Source of the DNA: Trichodelitschia bisporula
Taxonomy: Eukaryota
Direction of reading: 5' to 3'
DNA length: 64,000 bases
Assembly: GCA_010356995.1 (NCBI GenBank)
Contig: ML996689.1
Span: forward strand, 1,568,691 to 1,632,690
The notes beneath the pieces are model-generated. The model had not been told where the DNA came from, ran no database searches, and saw only the letters and a program-made list of their open reading frames with translations. This document shows positions 35,808-47,275 of the stretch, one piece after another (the first letter of the stretch is position 1; each line of letters starts with the position of its first letter). The position numbers and the translations under genes were made by a program.

Positions 35808-37546
35808 ATGCCACCCGCAGCCACTGGACCCCGCGACTCAAGCAAGAGCCTTGCCTCCTTCTCCCCGCCGCTGCGCGCAGACGACATCGTCAACCGCCGC
35901 CGGAAGGTCCCCAAGACGCAATGGGGCGTCGCGGCGCCGGCGAGCAGTAGCACCTTCAAGATCGCCTCGAACCTGGGCAGCAAGCCGCAGTCCAAGCGGT
36001 GGGACCGTGAGTTCATTGAAGTCTGGAACACGAACACCGCTAATGGCCAGACCTGCTCTCCCCCGAGGCCCTCTCGCGCCATCCTTCGTCCGTCAAGTCC
36101 GCAGCCAAGTACCTCAGCCAGCCCGGCTTGATATCTCTGGGCGGCGGCCTCCCCTCAAGCAACTACTTCCCCTTCTCGCAGCTCACCATCTCCGTCCCGC
36201 CGAAAGGTGGACCCTTCGCCGATCCAAGCCCCACTCCGCACACGACCGTCACCGCAGGCAAGAACGACCAAGCCAACGGGACCAGCCTCGCCGACATCGC
36301 AACCCTCTTCCAGTACGGCCAAGGCACCGGCAGCGCCCAGCTCCTCCGCTGGATCACAGAGCACACAGAACTGGTTCACGACCCGCCGTACGCCGACTGG
36401 GGATGCACGACCACGATCGGTGCTACCAGCTCCCTCGACATGGCGCTGCGCATGTTCACGCAGCGTGGCGACATGATCCTCGGCGAGGAGTGGACCTTTG
36501 CGTCCGCCGTTGAGACCGCTGCACCCATGGGCGTGCGCATCGTGCCCATCCCCATGGACGCACAAGGTCTGCTCCCCGTTGAGCTCGACCGCGTGCTGGC
36601 AGGCTGGGACGAGCGCGCGCGCGGCGCCCGCAAGCCCCGCGTGCTGTACACGGTGCCCACGGGGCAGAACCCGACGGGCGCGACACAGCTCCCCACCCGG
36701 CGGCGCGAGGTCTACCGCGTGTGCCAGAAGCATGATGTGTACATCTTTGAGGACGACCCGTACTACTACCTGCAGATGGATGGGTATGTTCCGGGGATGG
36801 CGGCGACGGAGGAGGCTAAACCGAGCCATGAGTCTTTCCTTGCGTCGCTGATTCCGTCGTTCCTGCGGATTGATACCGATGGGCGCGTGCTGCGTATGGA
36901 CTCGTTTAGCAAAGTTCTTACCCCTGGGGCGCGGATCGGGTGGGTCACGGCCAGCGCGCAGATTATCGAGCGGTACAAGTTGCACGCGGACGTGTCGACG
37001 CAGGGCGCAAGCGGCATTTCCCAGCTGGTGCTGTTCAAGCTGTTGGAGGACCACTGGGGCCACGGCGGCTTCGTCGACTGGCTCATTTACCTGCGGAAGG
37101 AATACGAGGGCCGGCGGAGGACCATGATGGCTGCGTGCGAGGCACTGCTGCCGCGTGAGGTGGTTAGCTGGACGGTGCCAGATGCAGGCATGTTTGTGAG
37201 TTTTATTCTACCCAGGGAGCTGGGACCGGACTAATGTGCGCAGTTGTGGCTCAAGATCGACCACACTAAGCACCCTGGTGCTGGCGAGAAGAGCATCGCT
37301 GAGCTCGAGGAGGAGGTTTTTCTGGGCACGATAAGACATGGCGCGCTAGTTATGAGGGGAAGCTTGTTCCAGGCTGACCGTGATTCGCCGCTGGGGGCGC
37401 TGTTTTTCCGGACGACGTTTGCGGCGGCGAGTGAGGAGAATATTCGCGAGGCGATTAGGCGGTTTGGAGAGGCGATTCGGGAGGTCTTTGGGTTGGAGGT
37501 CGGGGAGGCGGCGGGCAAGCAGGGTATTCTTGCTGTGGAGGTTTAG
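35808..37546 (+). CDS. PLP-dependent class I aromatic amino acid/2-aminoadipate aminotransferase (Aro8-like)
   Basis: ISLGGGLP, LYTVPTGQNPTG, EDDPYYYL, DSFSKVLTPGARIGW and GMF/LW; introns near 36008-36050 and 37196-37243. Confidence 0.93.
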
Positions 37547-37795
37547 GATAAGAGGATGCATGGTAGGAGTTGGGGCTTTCCGGTCACTAGGGAGTTTAGA
37601 GGTCTGCATTTTTTGTAGAGGTTAGATGTGAGGGGTAGGTGGCATTGCACGTAGCCCGTCGTTCCAATGCTCCATTGCTCTTGATTTTTGGTATCCATGC
37701 CGCGCCCTGCCCTGCCGTAGCAACGAATGGAAATCTAGTGTACACGCGCGCGCTTACGTACGCCCTGCCCGAACGCCCTTTTTGTAGTTCCGTAC

Positions 37796-38362
37796 TCAAT
37801 TGATGAAGTTGACGCAGAAGAAGTGCAGCAGCAAGCTGCCGAAGACGAAGTCCGCAAAGGCACTACGGGAATTAGCTTCGTGTATGTCAGACAGAGGGAA
37901 AAACGCACCGCTCATTCGAAATCGTCTTAAACTCCTCCACATTCTGCAGGTTCGTCTGCATGCGCAAGCTAGCCGTAAGCACGAACTGCCCCACCGTCGC
38001 TGAGAATCCAGAGAGGAACGCGTTGAACGGCTGCCTCCGTTAGCAAAGTCCCGAAACCCGCCTTCGCCTCTCCATCTCTCCTCTTCAGGGAAGGCACGCA
38101 CATAGTTCCCAACTATAACGCAGTAAACGAATTGCAACGCCCCAACGCCCACCAAGAATGCAAGAAACGCATCGAGCAGTTTCACCCGCTGCGGCGTATG
38201 TGCGAGGTAGTTGCTCCACGCGCCGTTGACAATATCTGCCGCACTGGATGCATGCTTCAGGTTCGTCGACTGCAGCGCTGATGTGCTGGGTTCGGTGGAT
38301 GTGGTAGGTACGGTGCCGGCGGACTTGGAGGGCGTGACACTGGAGCGGGTGCGGGGGGCCAT
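37796..38362 (-). CDS. OST2: Oligosaccharyltransferase subunit Ost2/DAD1
   Basis: KLLDAFL, QFVYCVIVGNY/PFNAFLSGF and AFADFVFGSLLLHFFCVNFIN; two introns. Confidence 0.95.
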   Translation of the reverse strand: MAPRTRSSVTPSKSAGTVPTTSTEPSTSALQSTNLKHASSAADIVNGAWSNYLAHTPQRVKLLDAFLAFLVGVGALQFVYCVIVGNYVRAFPEEERWRGEGGFRDFANGGSRSTRSSLDSQRRWGSSCLRLACACRRTCRMWRSLRRFRMSGAFFPLSDIHEANSRSAFADFVFGSLLLHFFCVNFIN

Positions 38363-38652
38363 CTTTGAGGTGCGGAGCGTGGGAGGGGAGAGGCGGTGGT
38401 GATGATTGCGGCGAGCTCGTCGGCGGAGATGTCGTGTAGTGTTGCTGAGGCCAGAGTGCCAGTTTGGCGCTCGGACGTCAGCCTCGGGGACAGGGTGGGT
38501 GTGGCGGTGCGGCGAAGGGGGTGGGCGTGGCTGGGGAGGGGGCGGGGAGTTTGAGGTCCGACGTCAGGTCAGCCTGGCGGGGAGAAGGGGTGCTTCGTCT
38601 TTACACACGCAACCGATTGATTGAAGCTATTCAGATTACAAAAGTCGCAAGA

Positions 38653-39192
38653 ATGGTACGTATGGTCTTTTCTCGGTGTTTGCTCAATGTTCGCGATGGG
38701 ACTGTGATGCCCGCGGCCAGGATAGGCGCGGCGTGATATCCCGTCGCTGGAGGACACGCGTCTGCTTCATCCCCATTGCCGCGCAATTGCATCGTCCATC
38801 GAAAGCTAACACCTCCAGTCTCTCGATCAAATCGCCTTCTTCCTCGGCCTCCTCACCGCAGGCGGCGGCATCACGGGCTATGCGCGCACGGGGTCGATCC
38901 CCTCGGTCACGGCCGGCGTAACGGTGGGCACCTTGGTAGGCTCTCCATCGCCCTCCCCCATCCCTCCCCCTCCGCACCCAGCTGACGCCCGCAGTACATC
39001 CTCGGCGGTCTCCGGATCCGCAGCCGCGCACCCTACGGCGTCCATCTCGCGCTGCTCGCTTCAATCGTGCTCGCCGGGTCATCGGTGCCGCGCGCGATGC
39101 GCAGCGGGAAGCCGCTCCCCATTGGGCTGAGTGTGCTGGCGCTGTTGGGGCTGTATAGCTTTGGGATGGCGTATGCTAATGGGAAGCCGTAG
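38653..39192 (+). CDS. TMEM14 (UPF0136) family small membrane protein; first exon is the ATG alone
   Basis: ATG followed by intron 38656-38818, then SLDQIAFFLGLLTAGGGITGYARTGSIPSVTAG; second intron ~38936-38994; ends GKP-TAG. Confidence 0.85.
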
Positions 39193-39637
39193 AGGGCTTA
39201 GGGGGTATTGGGTCTGTAGGCTGTAGAGTCTTAATCGATTCATTGCGGTTTTGATGGAGGCTGAAGTGCTTGTGATGTTTCACAGAGTGTTTGTTGAAGT
39301 GATGGAATGGAGGTATTTGATCTGAATCGGATGAAATCGACCTGATCTGATAAGATAACAGGGAGCAGGGCTTACGGCCATCTCAAACTAGACGACCTTT
39401 CATCTGCCATCCTTTGGTCACGTACGAAGAAGTGGAAGCAGTCACGATATCACGTCAGTATTCAGTCCATATGAAGCAATTGAACTTAATCTAGGAAGAG
39501 ATAGGTTCCAATGCAGCAGACGTAAGATGTGCCTTCAGAGCCCGTCCTCCATCAGGCCCTATTAGGCCACCAGGTTGTACCCTATCGGACCGCCATCCCC
39601 TAGAACTAGTCCGACAACTCCTGCGCATGCCATGAGT

Positions 39638-41345
39638 TTACTGCTGCTCGGCCTTCGTATCCTCCGACCCATCCGGCACACTATCTGGGACTGTCCAGTG
39701 GTAACCGATGATAGCAGAAACGAACTGCCCAACCGCCTCCCGACGCTCCCTAGGTATAACGTAAGGAGTATTGTTCGTCTCAGCTGAAGGGGATGCAACC
39801 GCCGGAGTCGTCTCGGTTGAAGTGTTCGCAATCGCAGGAGCCGTCGCCTTGACTTCAGCTGTCGTCACAGGATCCGCAACTGGAGAGCCTAGAGCCTCGA
39901 GCTGGCGGTGAGTTTCCGGAAGCACTTCCTCAAGGTGAGTGTCGCTATCGTGCTTATCATTGGCCGAGTTGCCTGGATCATGCTGAGAATTTGTCGCCGT
40001 GAGGTCGGGCGCAACGTTGGGAACCTGCGGCGCAGGAGCATCGTCAAGGTCGCTAGCGCTGTCCGAGGTGTCGTCGCCGTTGCCAGTGGCCGTGTTGACG
40101 GACTCCTGGGCAGCCGTGTTGGTTGACCCCGGCACGTCCGTTTGAGGAGCCGTCTCATTGCCATGAGAGACCCCGGTCGCCCTCTCGTTCGGCGCAAGTT
40201 CACCGCCGACAAGCATTGGGAACAACGTTCCATACGCGCGACCACGGTCGTCCAAACCGTAGTGCTCATGGAGCCGGCGAGGTACCCAATCAAACCCCTG
40301 CTGAAACAAGGTCTGCGTGGTCGGAATTTCATGAAGGTGCCTACAACCCGCGGGTTCCAGAGCGTAGCGGCACGCATTATGTTTCAGCCAGTGGCGGCAG
40401 TAGGTCTTTGGACGAGGCTTTTTATCGTTGCCAGTGGTCGTAATAGGGACGAAGCCTGCAACCTCGCTCGGCGCAGGTACACCAGCTTCAATGAGCGGGA
40501 AGCGAGTTCCACGAGCGCCACCCTTCCTGTCCAACCCGTAGTGGGCAAACAGCCAGCGAGGTACACGCGCAACACCTAGGTCCCGCAAAGTCTGGACACT
40601 TGGAACTTTATGGAGGTATCTGCAGCCGGCCAGGTCCGATTCGTAACGACACTGGCTGGTGTTCAGCCAGAAAGTGCAGTAGACCTTCCGGCGATGTCGC
40701 TCGGTGCTGTTGGTAACCGTGTTGGCGACAATGATAGGTCCCGATCCTGCAACCTCGGTCGGCGCAGGAACACCGAGGAGGATCGTAGGAAACAGAGTGC
40801 CAAGCGCAGTACCAGACGGAGACAAGCCGAAGTGCTCGTAGAGCCGCTCAGGCACTTCCGAAAAGCCTATCTCCAGCAGCTTCTGAACGCTCGGGACTTC
40901 ATGCTGGTTGCCGCAGCGACCCTGGTAAGAGCACACACCGAACTGCAACCAGTACCCGCAGTACCGCTCCTGGCCATCGTCACCGCCGAATCCTGCCGGA
41001 GCGCCGGAATTGACTTGATTCATAGCGGCCTGGCGGTTAGCAGGTGCAGGAATTGTGGACACAAGACGTACTGTTTCGTGTGCCGACGCCGTCTCCGGAT
41101 GGAAAGAAGAAAGGAAAGTCGCGGTGGAAATGTTGATGCTGGGGGGCGATGGCACTCTGACTGCTCAGAGTGATGCTGTGGAAGGTTGTTGTTTTCGGGA
41201 AATCCAGCCTGTGGCTTTGGGAGTAAGCAAGTTGCCCAGTGAATTGACGCCGAGACATACCATTCCGGATCGTTCTATAGATCCGTGACGCTGGCCTGCC
41301 TTCCTCACGGGCGAGGAGGTCGTAGCAGCTTATATCACTGGACAT
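39638..41345 (-). CDS. CCCH zinc-finger protein, paralog 1 (three repeated CCCH modules); 5' exon structure uncertain
   Basis: CGYWLQFGVCSYQGRCGNQH, CTFWLNTSQCRYESDLAGCRYLH and CRHWLKHNACRYALEPAGCRHLH; in-frame GTACGT intron 41071-41030; candidate ATGs at 41345 or 41023. Confidence 0.75.
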
Positions 41346-42572
41346 ATAGTATACTGCTGGCAATGAACGGCTACCAGCTGAGGCATGAGGTGTAAAGAAA
41401 CCCGAAGGAGAATGCAGAGATGTTGTACGGTGCATTGTTAAGAACACGGAGATTCTCGAGTATATGGGGAACTTCTTGAACGAATAATTCACGGATTAGT
41501 TAAGCGAGAGCGACGCGGGTACGCGACTTGGCATACTTCGCACCCACCTCCTCTTTCGGGAGTACGTGATCGTTGGCATGGTGTTGAGTTTGCATCCAAA
41601 TTCAAATCGACGTATTTCTTGACATCATGAAGAGATATCGCCTTCAGAGTAGGCACTACGAAACAACAGTTCCGAATCCCCTCCCTCCCCTCCCTACACC
41701 AAACAACACACGCATTTCGTACCACACCTTCTGCATATAATGGTGGCCACACCAACGTCGCCCACAAAATATCTAGGCATAGGCAGCGCCACATTCGGAA
41801 ACCCTCACGTATGCCCGCCGAAAACGGTTCAGACGCACGCCGGAAGTCGCGAGCACAGTACGATGACGTTGAGAAGGGGAACTCGCATGCGAATACCGAG
41901 CATATGGGAATTTTGGCCTGAATGACTACAGTATATTGAGTTTATATACTTGCTAGATAGTTCTAGTATGCCATCTGCATAGATCTTGGGAACCCGCACC
42001 AAACGTAAAATAAAAAATGGATATATTGCCTTCAGACTAGCCGGAATGGAATGATAACTTCATTACACGTGTCTAGAGTACCGGTAGGTATGCACCCCAC
42101 GCGAGACCAGTACGCATGCACCTCCCTAGGCACCCGTACGCCCCGACCCCCCAATGGGACGAGGAGGCGGCGTTCTGCTCATGAACAACAGTTTGTTCAG
42201 GGTTCCGGACGTTGCGGAGAGGAAGCGCTGGGCAGCTCTGGCTGACAAGGTCAGTGCGGAAGGGAGCGAAGTCCGCATCATGAGCTCTTCTCACGAGAGA
42301 GGGAAGCTCTTGAAGAGGGGGGAGGTGTGCACTTACCAGTTCTAGTACTTTTACAAATGTGGCTCGGGATGAATATTCAAGTGAATGAATGGCATAGGTA
42401 GAAAATTCAATTCATGCAGTCATGACGCCACTGAGAGAGGGGATTGCATCAAAGAATTACAAGCGTGGTCATTTTCTGTCAGATTACGGAGACAATAGAA
42501 CCGTTATGGAACAACTAGATGTCCTCCACTACATTCAATTTGTCCCGCAAGCTGCTGACCGCCTCGAATCTC

Positions 42573-44017
42573 CTACGCACCCTGAGAACCGGTCTGCTGG
42601 TTTTTGTCAGTAAGTATACACCTTGATTCATTCACACTACTAACCTGACTCAGGCGGAACTTCAACAACAGCTGCACCAGTTCCAAGCTGATCGGATCAT
42701 TAGGATCGATGACGCTGAGGAGCGAGCTGCCAGGAGTGGCAGCAGTGTTGACCAGACCGGCGTTGACAGGAGCCGTCGTGGCGGGAGAAACAGGAGCTTC
42801 TTCCAAGGAACCAACAATGGCACTCGAACCACCATCGCCGACAATGGGTATGGCTAGATTCTGAGCTGCTATATGCTCACGGCGCAGGAGATCATCCACC
42901 GGCGGGGGGATCTCAGTCGGCGTAGCGGAGCGATTGGCATCAGGCTGAACAAGCTCCGGGGTGTGGACTGCAACAACAGGCGAATTGCCAGAGGCCCCGG
43001 AGGCGAGTGTGATGTAAGCTGGAGCCATACCCAGACACGTCACGCGGCACAAATGTGAGTTGACAACGTGCTTGTTCGTTGGGCACTCAGTGACCGTTGG
43101 AACAGTGACCGGAGCCTGAGCCGCCGTGATGCCGATATCGATAAGATCGGTTGAGTTGTTCAGGGTCGCAGTCAAAACACCGATATGACGCTCTGTGCCA
43201 GAAGTGACATGGTCGCCCACGATATAGCCGGGCTTAATGATCTGGTGTCCGCTAGTAGCGTGAGAGCTAGCGACCAGAACATCCTCCGAGGCTTGCTTCT
43301 GAGCATGGGTGTTATCGATGCCGGTGTCGGGCTTTTGATAGAGACCATTGACTGACGAGGAGCCATTTAGGCCGTGCTGCTGACCGGACGGAGAGCCACT
43401 CGGGCCAGGCTGATGGATGGCTGGAGAGACCGTGTCAGGGCCCGGAGTAAACGGAATAACCTCAATAGGCGCACGGCCGCGAGCCTTCGTTCCACGCGGT
43501 TTGCCCCGGCGGTCCAGATTGTAATACTCATAGAGGTGCTTCGGCACCAGATGGCCAGCCTCCTCCCACGCCTCGAACGGTGGCATCACGTGCTGGTATC
43601 TACATCTACCTGTCTGCGCCAGATAGGCACAGCGGTTATTCTTGATCCAGTACCAGCAGTAGATCTTCCCCTTAATCTTCTGGGGGATAGTATCGGCCTG
43701 AGCAACTCCAGGATGAGTCACTGCAGCGGGATGCGTAGTATCGACCGCGTTGCGAGCAGCCTAGAAAGTTAGAATAGGGAGGATTGGGAGATCCAACGTA
43801 CTGAGGGCGGACCAGACGTGATCGGAGACGTGCTGATGCTCACACCACAATTGTCCACCACTATAGCAGAGCCTGTGGTGGCACGAACCTGGATCTCCAG
43901 CCCAGATGAAGCGCCGACGGTCAGGAAGATTCCATCGCTCGAGCCGGATCCCTCATGGGCAAGAAAGAGAGGAATCTGCCTGCCATTGGAGCACAGGAGA
44001 AAGTAGGAGGGCGCCAT
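42573..44017 (-). CDS. CCCH zinc-finger protein, paralog 2
   Basis: ATG 44017 (MAPSYFLLCSNG); GTACGT intron 43801-43761; CWYWIKNNRCAYLAQTGRCRYQH; GTTAGT intron near 42644-42597. Confidence 0.75.
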
Positions 44018-45725
44018 CTCTGAGGACGCGAGAGTCGAGTAGCCTGGCACCGCGGAAAATTATCAGGACAGAGAAAGAGATGATGTTTGGGTCTCTTGAT
44101 ACTGGTGTTTAGCAAGGCATAAATCAGGGGATGGGAATTGCTGGGAGCTGAAGAGGAAATTTACCTGTCACGACTGATCCTTATGATAGGAAGAATAAAA
44201 GAATGACACCCACTAGTGATGCTTCCGTGCTATGCTAATGTTGGGGTTGAAAATGCAGGAAAGTTGCTGATGAAACGGTGTTGATGGAAAGGTGCTCAAG
44301 GAAAGGGGATGAACAAAAGGAATGGTGGGGAGTCTAGTAGAATTCGTTGCCAGTGAATGACTTTTCGACAAACAAGGCAGTCACGGTAAGCCAAGCTGTG
44401 AACGCTAAGCGAGAAGTCAACGGATATGGCAGGCGCGACGAACATGGCAGTCGCGATGGAGTTGAAGGGAGGACCCACGTGACTGGGGGTCACAGGCGAT
44501 ATCAGTTCAACCTAAAGCAAAAGTACCGCCTGACAGGAACGGATGATGTTATCTCAAGCGGGCCACAAACAGCGCCTTTATGCCTTAGTCCACCATTGAT
44601 TGGCTCCCGGGGCTGCCTGGGCCAAGCTTGCAAGGCTGATCTTCGAAACTGATAGAGACATGGATCCCCATAGAGCCTCGCGCCAAACATGATTCTACGC
44701 CACAAACAATACATATCTATGACTTATCTTATAGTGAACTGTAACTAAACACCTGCTAAGTGCGTCATCGGTCTTCAAAATTATTGTAACCTTTTCAGTG
44801 GCTCGAAAGACACGATATCGCTACATACGCGGGCTCGGAAAGGACCCGTACTGACTGAGCCATATCAAGACCATAGAAGACTTATGCACATCAGACTCCC
44901 TCAAGCAATAGGGAAAGGTTATGTCTAGTGTTTGCCATAGCTCTCTAGCAATCAAAGCTAAGGTGGTAGAAAAAGGGCGCGATATATGTGAAGAACTAGT
45001 GTCTTACGTCTTGGGCTATAACTCCGCGGATACAGCAGTTATAAATATAGGCCTAACAGGAGCATGCAGAAAGTGATAGGTTCTAACTTCTTGTCTATTT
45101 TGATCTTGGCCGGACCCGTACTGGCGGAGAGAAAACATAGTAACCTGAGTGCATTAATATGACGGACTAATCGTCATACGATCTTAAAAATTGTGCATAG
45201 ATCAGATACTCTATGATGACGCGACCGGAACGTAATTCTGCCATTTGAAAGCGCTCGATTAGCTTTACATATGATTTGGGGTGGCCTAGCATTCACGATC
45301 CGGACTGATTTATGGCTTGTAGATGAAGTTTTGGTGAGGGCCTCATTTCGCCGCTCAGTCATACAGTTTGGCTCGAACCACTTCCGCGTCGGCCCGGGGA
45401 ACCCCCGAATATTCTGACTGGCTAGCGCTTTGGTGGCAGCGTGTCTGAATTAGAACTGAGATAATGGATTATTGCTATTGAAGTAGCTGCGTTGTTCCGC
45501 TGGGACTATGTATTATTGGATGATGGGGCGGACAGGTCTGACACGAGCTATGCAGTTTACGGGAGCCTATGGGTGGAGGATGATGAGAGCTATGGAGAAC
45601 TGGCGCTGCGGAGTATATGCAGGACAGAACTATACTCTTAAAAACCTGTCCCGCAACCGAATACATAATCATCCACCGCCACTAAGCCATCTCACGCTCG
45701 TCCTCCGCTGTCTAACCATCAACCT

Positions 45726-47275
45726 CTACTGAATATCGCCCATAATGCCCTGGAGATCCTAGTCCGTTAGTTAGACATATGATTTGACCTAATTGAACCA
45801 CTAACCTGAAGATTCAGCCCCGAACTGTCAAGAGCGCGAAGAAGCGTCAGAAGCAGGACGGCCTTCTTGTTCGAAGCTGGAGCTGCCGCCTCAATGCCAG
45901 AAGGAGTCACAGGCGAGGCATGCGAGGTAACGGGTGTAGCAGCCTCATCAACAGGAACAGAGATCGAACCGGAAGCACCAGCGATCTCACCGCCACGGTC
46001 GCCAGGCCCTTCGTTGGAAGGCGGAGTCAGGACGGTCGGAGCCGAGAACTGCTGCATCGCAGCGGGAGCGGAAACCGGAGCCGTGCGTACAGTCTCCGGA
46101 GCGCTGAGGTCGACAAGGAGAGCTTCCGGCGTGCCCTGGCGCTTGATGGTAGAGTGACCGTTGTTGATATCGTTAACATTGTTTTCAGCGCGATCAGTGA
46201 CGACGGATTGAGGAGTAGCAGCAGCTGGGAGGGGCGAAGAAATCGACTCCCGAACACGCGTATTTGGACCCGTCTTCAAGGCCATGCGAACGGGGGGAGC
46301 CGATGGAGGGCTCGCAACCGCGCGCGTAGGAGCGGGCTGAACTGCTGGAGGACCCATCATGAAGCGCATAGGAGCGGACTGGGGTGCCGGAGAAGCGGTC
46401 GCGACGCGCGCTAGAGACGGAACCAGGACGGGCGAGGCTTCAAAGCCCCGACGACCGGAGCGCATGGTTCCCCGACTATTTATGATGCGACCGCGCCCGA
46501 ATTGTGCCACCTTATGACGAAGAATGGACACTCGACCGTCTTGCACGGAGAGGGGGGGATTCTGACGCAGACCCTCATCCCGATCAAGGCATCCGTAGCG
46601 ATCCAGACCGTAGTAGGCGTACAGGCGCTTGGGAACAACCATCTCAAGGGCCTCAAACGTCGCAAGCGGTGGGAATTCATGTCTATAGCGACAGCCGCCT
46701 TGGGTCGTGTACAGACACATGTCGTATCGAAGCCAGTGGGAGCACCACACTTTCTTGTCGGGCAGTTCATCGTCGAAGTTACCACGACGACACAACCGAA
46801 CTCCGTTACGCTGTGCAGCAGCAGGGTTCGAAGCAGGATCCGCGTTTAGAATGGCCTGGCGAGTTAGTCAAGAGTAAGATAAGGGGAGGCGACGTACGTG
46901 AGAGTCGGGAGGACTAGTCAGAGCAGTCTCCTGAACTGTAGCCTGGACAGGCCTGCTGACCTCAATGTTGCGCGTGGTCGCTGCCATGTGCTGCATAGGC
47001 AGGGAAGACGGATTGTTGAAGGATGAGGCATCACCGGCCGGAGCAGCACGAGTATCGATCGTCGCGCCAGTTCCCATACTTTTCCACTTAACCAGAACAT
47101 CCACACCCGATGTCGCACCAACAGTCAACATGATGCCATCGCTAGAGACAAACTGCTCGCCGGCCGGGTAGAGGGGGACCGCGGTTCCGTTGTCGCACAT
47201 AAGATAGTATTTGGGGGCCGGAGACGCGCGCACACCAGCAGTCGCAAGGGACTCTGAACGACGGATCTGATCCAT
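45726..47275 (-). CDS. CCCH zinc-finger protein, paralog 3
   Basis: MDQIRR..KYYLMCDNG; GTACGT intron ~46897-46856; CSHWLRYDMCLYTTQGGCRYRH; GTTAGT intron near 45805-45759; last exon DLQGIMGDIQ-TAG. Confidence 0.75.

Noticed and set aside
44841..45123. 12-bp direct repeat GGACCCGTACTG in the spacer between CCCH paralogs 2 and 3
   Set aside because: Too short, and no TIR or LTR structure lies between the copies
18495..47275. Apparent enrichment of RNA-related genes (DUS2, CFT1, eIF2-beta, CCCH proteins) as a functional cluster
   Set aside because: They are interspersed with unrelated housekeeping genes; chance neighbourhood is sufficient
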